Positions 10,201 through 19,068 of a stretch of DNA of 50,099 nucleotides are shown piece after piece. Source of the stretch: Armatimonadota bacterium (GTDB lineage: Bacteria; Armatimonadota; SYMT01); assembly GCA_041690135.1 (NCBI GenBank), contig JAWLHY010000022.1, positions 1-50,099 of the forward strand, written 5' to 3'. The stretch's first letter is position 1. Every line of letters begins with the position of its first letter. A model generated the notes under the pieces. That model ran no database searches. It was not told where the DNA came from and saw only the letters and a list, made by a program, of their open reading frames with translations. A program made the position numbers and the translations under genes.

Positions 10201-10491
10201 CAGGCCCTCTTCGCCCTGAACTCTCCCTTCGTGGTGGAGCAGGCGAAGGCGCTCGCCGCACGTCCGGAAATCACCCGGGAGACGGAACCCGCCGCCCGGA
10301 TCGCCGCGCTCTATCGCCGGGTGCTCCTCCGCGAGCCCAACCCGGCGGAGGTGAGCACCGCGCTCCGCTTCCTGGCGGCCGCCGGAACGCCGCCCGAGGC
10401 CGCGACCGACGCACAGAAGTCTCAACTGACTCCCTGGGAGCAACTCTCCCAGATTCTGCTCCTCACCAACGAATTTCTGTTCATTGACTAA
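7216..10491 (+). CDS. planctomycete cytochrome c (PSCyt1) + DUF1549 + DUF1553 protein
   Basis: Signal-like N-terminus, FFEREIRPLLAEHCFSCHG, YGERWGRHWLDVARYAD, CARCHDHKYDP, NPLTARVIVNRVW, HPELLDYLA, PQQALF. Start uncertain (7195 or 7216). Confidence 0.93.
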   Translation: MRAGPPGTKFVLAAATLWCGAATWAAAPVQLDPWLPSVQLASSDTRTNHAAPDGPMRSDIRTGATGPTTPVAPAWHLSGSKPSRIARYALRLPGTKPPSRPTAKTSSENLDFFEREIRPLLAEHCFSCHGPRVQQSGLRLDSRQALFKGGTRGPALGAGKLEDSLLLRSVRHDGLQMPPGKKLPDRQIAALEKWLRLGAPWPDAGGKGPGARGQNKSTIDNSQVSIVNAPTHWSFRPLRRPAVPDVRMKGWVKTPIDAFVLARLEKAGLKPSPAADRRTLLRRVYFDLIGLPPTPEEMDAFLVDRSPAAYEKVVDRLLASPHYGERWGRHWLDVARYADTKDGVLMFGPNRIRPFAYTYRDYVIRALNEDTPFDRFVHEQLAADQIQPPVEPWRLAAMGYLTLGKMFDNNVHDVIDDRIDVVTRGFMGLTVSCARCHDHKYDPIPTADYYSLYGIFASSEAPLELPRIERPEDVPGSAEFEKAYAAKRAEIAKFLDEQFTLQSETARKRTGDYLVRVATEKPDPLETAIFFLSLAPEDLRPQIVARWRKYLERRARPEDPVFGPWHDLMQLPENGFTDAAQQVATRWLARPTGTAPRQLNPLVGELLAGAPFADRAAVARAYGALILRAHEESRNHKSGTGVSPATSAPRAGTQERAQWQLLEILGAQDSPAFFPRSQTWHYMSRGEKDKYAGMLVELDRLAVTSQKVPARAMVLNDAPELLQPRIFVRGNPSQPGDAVPRQFLAVLSGSKRQPFVHGSGRLDLARAITSPDNPLTARVIVNRVWMHHFGEPLVATPGDFGSRSTPPTHPELLDYLASRFAAGVGGQEPGKEGKLAISNLQLPIVNSRLSSDAGPQPPAPSHAEGLGWSLKKLHRLLVTSSVYRQASLVPATSPAQGKAAVKDPRVVDPENRLLWHYHRRRLDLEAMRDGILHVAGRLDPAMGGRPVDIVGEPANQRRTVYGLVDRQGLPGLFRNFDFANPDQSADRRPQTTVPQQALFALNSPFVVEQAKALAARPEITRETEPAARIAALYRRVLLREPNPAEVSTALRFLAAAGTPPEAATDAQKSQLTPWEQLSQILLLTNEFLFID
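7835..7899 (+). repeat. in-frame heptamer cassette (GGGGCCR x3 + AATTGAC-like x5)
   Basis: ggggccg ggggcca ggggtca ... aatcgac aattgac aattctc aagtgtc aattgtt, encoding GPGARGQNKSTIDNSQVSIVN. Confidence 0.7.
9128..9150 (+). repeat. REP-like palindrome inside a CDS (encodes SGTGVSPA)
   Basis: gtgggacgggcgtctcgcccgcc matches the intergenic copies at 5017, 25059 and 25099. Confidence 0.7.
9676..9813 (+). repeat. in-frame nested heptamer cassette in the DUF1553 domain
   Basis: G-rich heptamers (gggggtt gggggtc aggagcc), CAATT-type heptamers, then C-rich ccccag cccccag cccccag; 46-aa segment between LASRF and GWSLK. Confidence 0.75.
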
Positions 10492-10597
10492 GCACGACAG
10501 GAGATTACCGGGCAGCCTCAGCACCGGAAGTAGCTCGCCCTTTCCCGGGTGCAACGGCGCCCACTCCTGCCCTAGCCTTCACGCATCACGCACGAAT

Positions 10598-12049
10598 ATG
10601 CCTGAACGAAACTCCGAGAGAATCCCATTGATCACCCGCCGCGATGCCCTCTGCCGGATGGGAACCGGTATGGGAATGCTCGGGCTGGCCGCGCTTCTGG
10701 CCGAGGAGGTCCAGGCGACGTCCAGCTCGGCGCGGGTGCCGCCGGCTCCCGGCGAGGCGGAGCACCCGCTCGCCCCCCGCAGTCCCCACTTCCCGGCGAA
10801 AGCGAAACACGTCATCCATATCTACCTCAACGGAGGGCCGTCCCAGGTCGATACCTTCGACCCCAAGCCGCTCCTGAAGAAGTACGAGGGCCAGACGCTC
10901 CCAACCGGCAATCTCACCACGGAGCGGAAGACGGGTTATGCGCTTCCCTCTCCCTTCGAATTCCGCAAGTACGGCCAGAGCGGCCTCGAAATCAGCGAGA
11001 TCTTCGCGAAGACCGCGGCGCACGCCGACGACCTGTGCGTGATCCGATCGATGCACGCCAACACGCCCAACCACGAGCAATCGATGCGGCTGATGAACTG
11101 CGGCGACGAGCGGTTGTCGCGCCCCAGTATGGGAGCGTGGATCAACTACGGTCTCGGGACGGAGAACCAGAACCTGCCGGGCTTCATTGCCATGTGCCCC
11201 GGCCTACCGGTGGCGGACGTCTCCAACTGGCGCTCGGCATTCCTTCCCGGCATCTACCAGGGCACCCATATCAACACGCAGAAGACGAAGGTGGAGGAGC
11301 TGGTCGAGAACATCCGGAACCCATGGGTCACCCGGGCGGATCAGCAGCGCCAACTGGACCTGCTGACGGAGTTGAACCGGAAGCACCAGGAGCTTCGCCG
11401 CGAAGATGCCGCGCTGGAGGCCCGCATCCAGTCGTTCGAGCTCGCCTACCGGATGCAGATGGCCGCCAGCGAAGCGTTCGATATCAGCCGTGAGCCGGAG
11501 TACGTGCGCAAAGCCTACGGGGATACCGTCCAGGCCCGGCAACTCCTCATCGCCCGCCGGTTGATCGAGCGCGGCGTCCGGTTCGTCCAGCTCTACCACG
11601 GCGACGTTCAGCCCTGGGACAGCCACGAGAAGATCGCGGAGAACCATCGGAACCTGGCGGGCCAGTGCGATCAGGCGATCGGGGCCCTGCTGACCGACCT
11701 GAAACAACGGGGGCTCTTCGAGGAGACGGTCGTCCTCTGCGGCGGCGAGTTCGGCCGCACCCCCGCGGTCGAGCTGGTCGGCGGGAAGCCGGGGCACGGG
11801 CGGGATCATAACCACTGGGGCTTCAGCGTATGGCTGGCGGGCGGCGGAATCCGGGGAGGGCACGTTCACGGCGCCACGGACGAGTTCGGTTACCGCGCAG
11901 TGGAAAAGCTGGTCCACGTCCACGATCTCCACGCCACGCTGCTCCACCTGCTCGGTTTCGACCACACCCAGCTCACCTACCGCTATGCGGGACGCGATTT
12001 CCGGCTCACCGACGTTTACGGCCACATAGTTCGTGAAATCCTGGCATAG
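10598..12049 (+). CDS. DUF1501-family protein (Tat-exported)
   Basis: TRRDAL Tat motif, GGPSQVDTFDPKP, ARRLIERGVRFVQL, WDSH, GEFGRTP, GRDHN, YRYAGRDFRLTDV. ATG 10598 chosen. Confidence 0.93.
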   Translation: MPERNSERIPLITRRDALCRMGTGMGMLGLAALLAEEVQATSSSARVPPAPGEAEHPLAPRSPHFPAKAKHVIHIYLNGGPSQVDTFDPKPLLKKYEGQTLPTGNLTTERKTGYALPSPFEFRKYGQSGLEISEIFAKTAAHADDLCVIRSMHANTPNHEQSMRLMNCGDERLSRPSMGAWINYGLGTENQNLPGFIAMCPGLPVADVSNWRSAFLPGIYQGTHINTQKTKVEELVENIRNPWVTRADQQRQLDLLTELNRKHQELRREDAALEARIQSFELAYRMQMAASEAFDISREPEYVRKAYGDTVQARQLLIARRLIERGVRFVQLYHGDVQPWDSHEKIAENHRNLAGQCDQAIGALLTDLKQRGLFEETVVLCGGEFGRTPAVELVGGKPGHGRDHNHWGFSVWLAGGGIRGGHVHGATDEFGYRAVEKLVHVHDLHATLLHLLGFDHTQLTYRYAGRDFRLTDVYGHIVREILA

Positions 12050-12214
12050 GACTCAAAGGAATCGCCACCCTCGCCGCGCAACAACGATCGGCTCCCGGGT
12101 GTCATCTCTCATGAAGTGCGTGTGCCGGATCGCTCACGAATGCCACGAAGCCACGGCCAGGCGGCATGATAAAAAACAGAGGTAAGGAACGGCACCCAAC
12201 TGTGCCCACATTCC

Positions 12215-12300
12215 TCACGCATCACGCATCACGAAACCAACCGGCCGAAGTAGGAGTCGCGTTTCCCGAAGCGCACCTGCACGAGCAATACGCATTACGT
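12215..12300 (+). repeat. ACGCATC-family heptamer tracts
   Basis: tcacgcatcacgcatcacgaa ... agcaatacgcattacgt. Confidence 0.6.
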
Positions 12301-12323
12301 TTTAAGAATTTCAGGAACAGCCA

Positions 12324-15300
12324 GTGAAGCGAGCGCGGATCTTTGTCGTAGGGGGGTCGTTAACAGCCTGGTGCGGACTTTCCGCGCTGGCGGCGGCACC
12401 CATCAAGGCGAGCAAACCGGCCCGGCCGGCTCCGGCGAAGGCGCCGGCGGCCGGTGCGAAGCAGGCGCAGCCCGCCCCCTCCGCCGGGCAGGCCCTGCCC
12501 CGGGAGACCATGGAGTTCTTCGAGAAGGAAGTCCGTCCCGTCCTGGCCGAGCAGTGCTATTCCTGCCATGGTGAAAAGATCCAGCAGGCCGGGCTGCGCC
12601 TCGACTCGCGCGCCTGGTTGTTGAAGGGTGGCGACACCGGCCCGGCCCTCGACCTGAAGAAGCCGGCCGCGAGCCTCCTGCTGAAAGCCGTGCGGCACGA
12701 AGGTCTCCAGATGCCCCCCGGCCGCAAGCTGCCCGCGAAGCAGTTGGCGGCGCTGGAGAAATGGGTCGGTATGGGCGCCCCATGGCCGGGCTCTGGAGGG
12801 GCCGGGCCGGCGGTTTCGACCAGTTGGAACGACGTGCTCCACGCCCGCAAGCAGTGGTGGAGTCTCCAGCCGGTGCGAAAATCGGCGGCGCCCCTCGTTA
12901 AGAACGCGAAGTGGAGCGCCGATCCGATCGACCGCTTCATCCTCAGCTCGCTGGAGAAGAAGGGCCTCAAGCCCGCACCTCGCGCCGACCGTCGCACGCT
13001 CATTCGCCGGCTCTACCTCACGCTGGTCGGCCTCCCTCCGAAGCCGGAGGAAGTGGAGCAGTTCGTCAAGGACCCCTCCCCGAAGGCATACGAACAACTG
13101 GTGGACCGTCTCCTGGCCTCCCCACACTTCGGCGAGCGGTGGGCACGCCACTGGATGGACGTGGTCCGCTTCGGCGAGAACCACGGCTACGAGTGGAACT
13201 ATGAGGTCCGCGACGCCTGGCGCTACCGCGACTACCTGATCCGCGCCTTCAACCAGGACCTCCCTTACGACCAGTTCATCCGCGAGCACATCGCCGGCGA
13301 CCTCCTGGCCAACCCGCGTGTCAACGCCGAGGAAAAGACCAACGAGTCGATCGTCGGCACCGCCTTCTACCGCTTCGGCGAAGCGGGGCACGACGTCTTT
13401 AAGGAGATCGGCCTCGACGTGCTCGACGGTCAGATCGATACGCTCTCCAAGGCGTTCCAGGCGGCCACCGTCTCCTGCGCCCGCTGCCATGACCACAAGC
13501 TGGACGCCGTCTCAACAAAGGACTACTATGCCCTGCTCGGCGTCCTGGCCAGCTCCCGGCAAGTGATCCACACGCTGGACCGTCCGGAGGCGCACGAGCC
13601 GGCCAAGCAGCAGCTCCGCGACCTGAAGAAGGACCTGCGCCGCGAGATCGGCGAGGTCTGGCGGGTCGAGGCAAAGGAGATGGGTCGCTACCTGGCGGCC
13701 GCCCAGGCGACCCGCGACGGCAAGATGCCCGCCGAAGCCATGCCCGACATGGCCCGGGTGAAGGCGTGGGCGGAAGCCGCCACCAAAGCCACCGCCATGG
13801 AAGACCCGCTCTTCCCCTGGCAGAGCATCGCCAAGCCCGGCACCGAAATCGCTACGGCATGGCAGGGCCTCGCCACCCGTTACCAGACGGAGATCCAGTC
13901 CCGGAAGGAGTTCAACGAGAAGAACTTCATCGTGCTGGGCGACTTCCGCGACGGCACTATGGACGGCTGGCGGGTGGACGGCATCGGCCTGCGGGACGGA
14001 CCGGTGAAGAGCGGCGACTTCGCAGTCGCCGGCGGCGGCGATAAGGCCCTGATGGGCGTGCTGCCGGCCGGTATGTTCACCTATTCCCTCTCCGACCAGT
14101 TCAACGGCTCGATGCAGTCGCCGGACCTTCCCGCCGATGCGCGCCAGATCAGCTTCGAAGCGATCGGCGGCAAGCAGGGGGCGATCCGGGTCGTTCCGGA
14201 CTTCCGCCACCTGAACGACGCGGGCCAGCAGCTCAAGCCGGAACGCCTCTACTGGGCACGAGCCGGGCGGTCCGAGCGCGACGAGCGGGTCTACGTGGAA
14301 CTCGTGACGAAGCTCGACAGCCAGCGCTATGACCGGGTCGGAAAGAACTACAAGCCCGGCAAGTCCGAGGACACCCGCTCCTTCTTCGGCGTCACCCGCG
14401 TGTTGATCCACAAGACCGGCGAAGGCCCGAAGGCCGAGTTGGAGCACGTATCGCCGCTGTTCCGTGAAGCCGCTCCGCAGAACCTCGACCAGGCCGCGGA
14501 GCGTTACGCCGCCTATTTCCAGGCGGCGGTGAATGCCTGGGCCAGCGACAGCGCGACGGACGAGCACGTGCGGGTGCTCAACTGGCTACTGGAGAAGAAC
14601 CTCCTTACCAACAGCGTCAAGGCCAACCCGCGGATCGCCGAGTTGCTTCGCCGTTACCGGGAGATCGACCAGGAGATCCCCGCGCCGAAGGTGGCGGCCG
14701 GCCTCGCCGACCAGGGCCCCGGCATCGACCATCCGGTCTACCTGCGCGGCGACTTCCGCAACGTGGGCGACATGGTCCCACGCCGGTATCTGGAGGTGCT
14801 CTCCTCCGCCGAGGATCGGTTCTCCGCGGCTGGCAGCGGCCGGTTACAGCTCGCCGACCGGATCATCGACCGCAAGAACCCGCTCACCGCGCGGGTGATG
14901 GTCAACCGCGTGTGGCACTGGCTCTACGGCACCGGTATCGTGCGCAGCGTCGACGACTTCGGCCACATGGGCGAAGAGCCCTCCCATCCCGAGCTCCTCG
15001 ATTACCTGGCCACCGCCTTCTCCAGCCCCGCTACGGTCACCCTCAGCACCCAAGCGCCTTCGAAAAAGGGGAAGCGCACGCCGTCCACACCTCCACACTC
15101 CCCTACTCCACTACGGGGCCTTAACTGGAGCGTCAAAAAGCTCATCCGCCACCTGGTGCTCACTGAGACCTTCCAGCAGCAGAGCCGCGCTACTGCCCAG
15201 GGGATGGAGGTGGACCCGGAGAACCGTCTGCTGCATCACTACCCGGCCCGGCGCGCGGAAGCGGAAGTGATCCGCGATTCGATGTTGTCGGTTTCCGGCC

Positions 15301-15806
15301 GCCTGGACCCCACCCTCTATGGCTCGAGCATCCACCCCTACCGGCCCCAGGAGAAAGGCGACCGCAAGCTCTTCTCCGGTCCGCTGGACGGCGACGGCCG
15401 CCGGAGTGTCTACACCCGCATCACCCTGATGGAAGGGCCTCCGTTCCTGGGGGTGTTCAACCAGCCGGAGGCCAAGGTGGCGCAGGGGCGCCGCGACGTC
15501 ACGAACGTGCCGGCTCAGGCGCTGACCCTGATGAATGACCCCTTCGTCATCCAGCAGGCCCAGGTGTGGGCGGACGCGCTGCTGACCCAGGCGGACGCCA
15601 ACGTGACCGCTCGCCTCGATCGGATGTTCCTCACCGCCCTCGGTCGCAAGCCGGCACCGGCGGAGACGGTGCGCTTCGAGACGGCGGTCCGCGAGTTGGC
15701 GGAGTTGCACCAGGTCCAGCCCGACGGCGTGATGAAGCACCGCGACCTCTGGAAGGACGTCGCCCACGCCGTCTTCAATCTCAAAGAGTTCATCTACGTA
15801 AGGTAA
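12324..15806 (+). CDS. second PSCyt1 + DUF1549 + DUF1553 protein
   Basis: FFEKEVRPVLAEQCYSCHG, FGERWARHWMDVVRF, CARCHDHK, NPLTARVMVNRVW, HPELLDYLA, PAQALTLMN. Confidence 0.93.
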   Translation: MKRARIFVVGGSLTAWCGLSALAAAPIKASKPARPAPAKAPAAGAKQAQPAPSAGQALPRETMEFFEKEVRPVLAEQCYSCHGEKIQQAGLRLDSRAWLLKGGDTGPALDLKKPAASLLLKAVRHEGLQMPPGRKLPAKQLAALEKWVGMGAPWPGSGGAGPAVSTSWNDVLHARKQWWSLQPVRKSAAPLVKNAKWSADPIDRFILSSLEKKGLKPAPRADRRTLIRRLYLTLVGLPPKPEEVEQFVKDPSPKAYEQLVDRLLASPHFGERWARHWMDVVRFGENHGYEWNYEVRDAWRYRDYLIRAFNQDLPYDQFIREHIAGDLLANPRVNAEEKTNESIVGTAFYRFGEAGHDVFKEIGLDVLDGQIDTLSKAFQAATVSCARCHDHKLDAVSTKDYYALLGVLASSRQVIHTLDRPEAHEPAKQQLRDLKKDLRREIGEVWRVEAKEMGRYLAAAQATRDGKMPAEAMPDMARVKAWAEAATKATAMEDPLFPWQSIAKPGTEIATAWQGLATRYQTEIQSRKEFNEKNFIVLGDFRDGTMDGWRVDGIGLRDGPVKSGDFAVAGGGDKALMGVLPAGMFTYSLSDQFNGSMQSPDLPADARQISFEAIGGKQGAIRVVPDFRHLNDAGQQLKPERLYWARAGRSERDERVYVELVTKLDSQRYDRVGKNYKPGKSEDTRSFFGVTRVLIHKTGEGPKAELEHVSPLFREAAPQNLDQAAERYAAYFQAAVNAWASDSATDEHVRVLNWLLEKNLLTNSVKANPRIAELLRRYREIDQEIPAPKVAAGLADQGPGIDHPVYLRGDFRNVGDMVPRRYLEVLSSAEDRFSAAGSGRLQLADRIIDRKNPLTARVMVNRVWHWLYGTGIVRSVDDFGHMGEEPSHPELLDYLATAFSSPATVTLSTQAPSKKGKRTPSTPPHSPTPLRGLNWSVKKLIRHLVLTETFQQQSRATAQGMEVDPENRLLHHYPARRAEAEVIRDSMLSVSGRLDPTLYGSSIHPYRPQEKGDRKLFSGPLDGDGRRSVYTRITLMEGPPFLGVFNQPEAKVAQGRRDVTNVPAQALTLMNDPFVIQQAQVWADALLTQADANVTARLDRMFLTALGRKPAPAETVRFETAVRELAELHQVQPDGVMKHRDLWKDVAHAVFNLKEFIYVR

Positions 15807-15832
15807 GGTAAGGGCCTCGCCCTTCCCCTCTC

Positions 15833-15864
15833 CTACTCTTACGCTTACTCCTACTCTTACTCTT
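15833..15864 (+). repeat. hexamer tandem repeat (TACTCT-like x5)
   Basis: tactct tacgct tactcc tactct tactct tg. Confidence 0.7.
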
Positions 15865-15904
15865 GATCGATACGCTGAAATCACTGCCGCCGAGGGGAGA
15901 TCGA

Positions 15905-17362
15905 ATGATCCGCAAGAGAACTGAATCACTCACAGCGCAGCCAGGCTGCTGCCCCGGGCGCGCGGCCGGCCCCCTGACCCGGCGCGGGCTGCTCCAGGCC
16001 ACGGCCAACGGTTTCGGGATGCTCGCCCTTTCCGCCCTGATGGCGGATGAGTCCTACGCTGGGCTGGCTCAGCCGGGCGAGGCGGGTGCGCACCACTTGC
16101 CGAAGGCGAAGAACATCATCTTCCTCTTCATGGACGGCGGCGTCTCGCACATCGACTCCTTCGACCCCAAGCCGAAGCTGACCGAGCTGGACGGTAAGGA
16201 AGTCGGCAAGGTCGATAACCCGACCGCGGGCGGCAACCGGAAGTGGCTGAAGAGCCCCTGGAGCTTCAAGCAGTACGGGGAGTGCGGGCTGCCGGTGAGC
16301 GAGCTGTTCCCGCACATCTCCACGCTCGTCGACGAGTTGGCCGTCATCCGCTCGATGAAGGGCGAGTTCCCGCTCCACTCCCGCGGCAACCTGCTGCTGC
16401 ACACCGGACGCAACACCGGCGGCCTCCCCAGCTTCGGCTCGTGGGTGCAGTACGGCCTGGGTTCCGAAAACAAGAATCTTCCCGGTTTCGTGGTCCTGAA
16501 CCACGGGAACGTTCCCGCGGGCGGCATGGAGTGCTTCTCCAACGGCATCCTTCCGGCGACCTACCAGGCCACGCTGCTCAAGTCCACCGGCGTGCCGATC
16601 GACAACCTCTCACCGGCCGATCGGATCGCCCGCCTTCAGCGCGCCAAGCTCGACCTGCTGCAGCAGCAGGACACCGACTTCGCCGCTTCCCTGGGCAATG
16701 GCGACGCGGTCGAATCGGCCATCAAGAACTACGAGCTCGCCTACCGGATGCAGTCGCTCGTTCCCGACCTTCTCGATCTGGACAAGGAGAGCCCGGACGT
16801 CAAGAAGCTCTACGGCATCGACTCCAACGTCAAGAGCAAGCAGATGTTCGGGATGCAGTGCCTCCGGGCGCGGCGGCTCGTGGAAGCGGGCGTCCGGTTC
16901 GTGGAAGTCTGCTGCCCGCAGCTCTACGGAAGCACCGGCACCTGGGACCAGCACGGCGAGCTCAAGGCCGGGCACGAGAAGAACGCGATGACTACCGACC
17001 AGGGCGTTGCCGCGCTGATCAAGGACCTGAAGCAGCGGGGCATGCTCAAGGACACGCTGGTCCTCTGGGCCGGCGAGTTCGGTCGCACCCCGCACTCCGC
17101 CGGTCGCGACGGACGCGACCATCATCCGGAAGGCTTCACCGTCTTCATGGCGGGCGGCGGTGTGAAGGGCGGCACGATCTACGGCGCCACCGACGAGATG
17201 GGCATGTTCGCCGTGGAAAACGTCTGTACGTTCCACGACCTCCACGCGACCATGCTCCACCTGATGGGCCTCAACCACGAGCGGCTCACCTACCGCTTCG
17301 GCGGCCGCGACTACCGCCTCACCGACGTCCACGGCCGCATCGTCAAGGAGATCCTCGCCTGA
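15905..17362 (+). CDS. second DUF1501-family protein (Tat-exported)
   Basis: TRRGLL, GGVSHIDSFDPKP, ARRLVEAGVRFVE, WDQH, GEFGRTP, GRDHH; SD gagggga before ATG 15905. Confidence 0.93.
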   Translation: MIRKRTESLTAQPGCCPGRAAGPLTRRGLLQATANGFGMLALSALMADESYAGLAQPGEAGAHHLPKAKNIIFLFMDGGVSHIDSFDPKPKLTELDGKEVGKVDNPTAGGNRKWLKSPWSFKQYGECGLPVSELFPHISTLVDELAVIRSMKGEFPLHSRGNLLLHTGRNTGGLPSFGSWVQYGLGSENKNLPGFVVLNHGNVPAGGMECFSNGILPATYQATLLKSTGVPIDNLSPADRIARLQRAKLDLLQQQDTDFAASLGNGDAVESAIKNYELAYRMQSLVPDLLDLDKESPDVKKLYGIDSNVKSKQMFGMQCLRARRLVEAGVRFVEVCCPQLYGSTGTWDQHGELKAGHEKNAMTTDQGVAALIKDLKQRGMLKDTLVLWAGEFGRTPHSAGRDGRDHHPEGFTVFMAGGGVKGGTIYGATDEMGMFAVENVCTFHDLHATMLHLMGLNHERLTYRFGGRDYRLTDVHGRIVKEILA

Positions 17363-17451
17363 CGAGACGTTCCCGGTCACGGCAAATTCTGGCAGGGGCC
17401 GCTTCCACATAAGGGAGGCGGCCCTTCTTCATGTGCCGCGCCCCCCTTCCT

Positions 17452-17500
17452 CGTGATCGTGATCGTGATCGCACACGGGCGGGCGAGACGCCCGCCCCAC
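17452..17500. repeat. CGTGAT x3 hexamer tract followed by an inverted REP-like palindrome
   Basis: cgtgatcgtgatcgtgatcg, then ggcgggcgagacgcccgccccac (reverse complement of the 5017-type motif). Confidence 0.7.
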
Positions 17501-17746
17501 TCCGGCCCCATTCCGGCCCACCCCTCGCTACTCACCACCCTGGTGCGTAGCAGCAGGTGAGGCGGGGAAGGCACACGAACCCGCAGTTGGCCGGCTCGAG
17601 TTTCTCGGTGACTACGGTGTTGCTCGCACTCATCTCATGCAGGAGAGGGCAACCAGAGCCGATGCCCCTACAGGTCGATTCTCCCCAACGGGTGCTGTTT
17701 GTAGAGTTAACGCCCAACGTTTACCCTCCACAGGGGTGCCGGAATG

Positions 17747-17842
17747 CCTGATCACCCGAACACCTGACCACCCGAACACCTGACCACCCGAACACCTGAC
17801 CACCCGAACACCTGACCACCCGAACACCTGACCACCCGAACA
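17747..17842 (+). repeat. 16-bp tandem repeat, 6 copies (CCTGACCACCCGAACA)
   Basis: Five exact copies and one single-mismatch copy, flanked by a ~25-bp direct repeat at 17720-17744 and 17843-17867. Confidence 0.92.
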
Positions 17843-17981
17843 TTTACGCCCCACAGGGGTGCCCGAACACCCGGCGGACGGGACGTCCGCGCTCCCAGCG
17901 CCCCCCCATGAAGGACCTTCCGCCCCCTTTCGGCAACTTAGCGGAAGTTCCACCTCCACCCATCCCAGAGGACTCCCTTCA

Positions 17982-19052
17982 ATGGCTGAAAACGAGTATC
18001 TCTTCCCCTGCCGGCTGGACCGCCGCGAACTGCTCCAGGTGGCCGGGGCCACCATGGCCGGGCTGGCAATAGGACGCTCTGCCTCCGCGCAGGAAACCCC
18101 GCCGGTTACGCTCGGCAGCGGCAAATGGACCTACACCCTGGACGAGAAATGGGGCCAGCTCCCTGCCGGGATGAAGTACGGTCTCGGCTGCGCGATCGTC
18201 GTCGACTCGAAGGACCGGGTCTACGTCACCTCCCGCTCCAACAACCCGTGCGTCGCCGTCTTCAGCCGCAAGGGCGACCTGATCGAAACCTGGAGCAACG
18301 ACTTCGCCGAGAAGGTGGGATACTCCACCGACCAGGTGGTCGCCACCGCCCACGGCCTCTACTGGAGCAAAGAGGGCCGCGACGAGTTCCTCTACTTTAC
18401 GGAAAACAACTCCCGGGTTGGCGGGGCGCGCGTCTACAAGACGGACCTCAAGGGCAAAGTCCTGTACCAGCTCGGCAAGAGCGTGGCGGCTACTTCCACG
18501 TCGCAGCCGTTCGACTTCACCAACCCTACCGATGTCGCGGTCGCTCCGAACGGCGATATCTACATCGTCGATGGCTACGGCAGTCAGCTCGTCCACCGGT
18601 TCGACCGGAACTTCAAGCACCTGAAGACCATCGGCGGCCGCGGGAAGGAAAACGGCAAGTTCAACGTATGTCATGGCGTGTGGGTCAGCACCCTCAACCG
18701 GGAGCCCGAGGTTTACATCGCCGACCGCGCCAATAACCGGCTGGAAGTCTACTCCCTCGACCTGGACTACAAGCGCACGGTGCCGGAGATGCGTCTCCCC
18801 TGCTGCTTCTACCAGGCGAAGGGCCACCTCTACGTCCCCGAGCTTGGATCGCGCGTGAGCATCCTCGACGCGAAGGATCAGGTCGTGGCGCGGCTGGGAG
18901 ACGGCTCCGCGGTGAAGCCGGAGGAGATCCAGAACCACCCGCACCTTTTCTCCAAGCCGCACGCTATGTGCGTCGACTCAAAGGGCGACTTCTACGTCCT
19001 CGAATGGCTCCCGTATGGCCGGGTGCGCAAGTTCAAGCACACCCCGGCCTGA
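17982..19052 (+). CDS. Tat-exported NHL-repeat beta-propeller protein
   Basis: DRRELL Tat motif, PTDVAVAPNGDIYIVDGYG, VYIADRANNRL, PHAMCVDSKGDFYVLEW. ATG 17982 chosen. Confidence 0.85.
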   Translation: MAENEYLFPCRLDRRELLQVAGATMAGLAIGRSASAQETPPVTLGSGKWTYTLDEKWGQLPAGMKYGLGCAIVVDSKDRVYVTSRSNNPCVAVFSRKGDLIETWSNDFAEKVGYSTDQVVATAHGLYWSKEGRDEFLYFTENNSRVGGARVYKTDLKGKVLYQLGKSVAATSTSQPFDFTNPTDVAVAPNGDIYIVDGYGSQLVHRFDRNFKHLKTIGGRGKENGKFNVCHGVWVSTLNREPEVYIADRANNRLEVYSLDLDYKRTVPEMRLPCCFYQAKGHLYVPELGSRVSILDAKDQVVARLGDGSAVKPEEIQNHPHLFSKPHAMCVDSKGDFYVLEWLPYGRVRKFKHTPA

Positions 19053-19068
19053 CCCCAGGACAAACTCA

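Noticed and set aside
17376-17430. GGCAAA-containing stretch as a c-di-GMP-I riboswitch
   Set aside because: Lacks the GNRA-capped P2 and the GACGCAAA-type P3 elements.
17747-17842. 16-bp array as a CRISPR
   Set aside because: No spacers, the unit is too short, and there are no cas genes.
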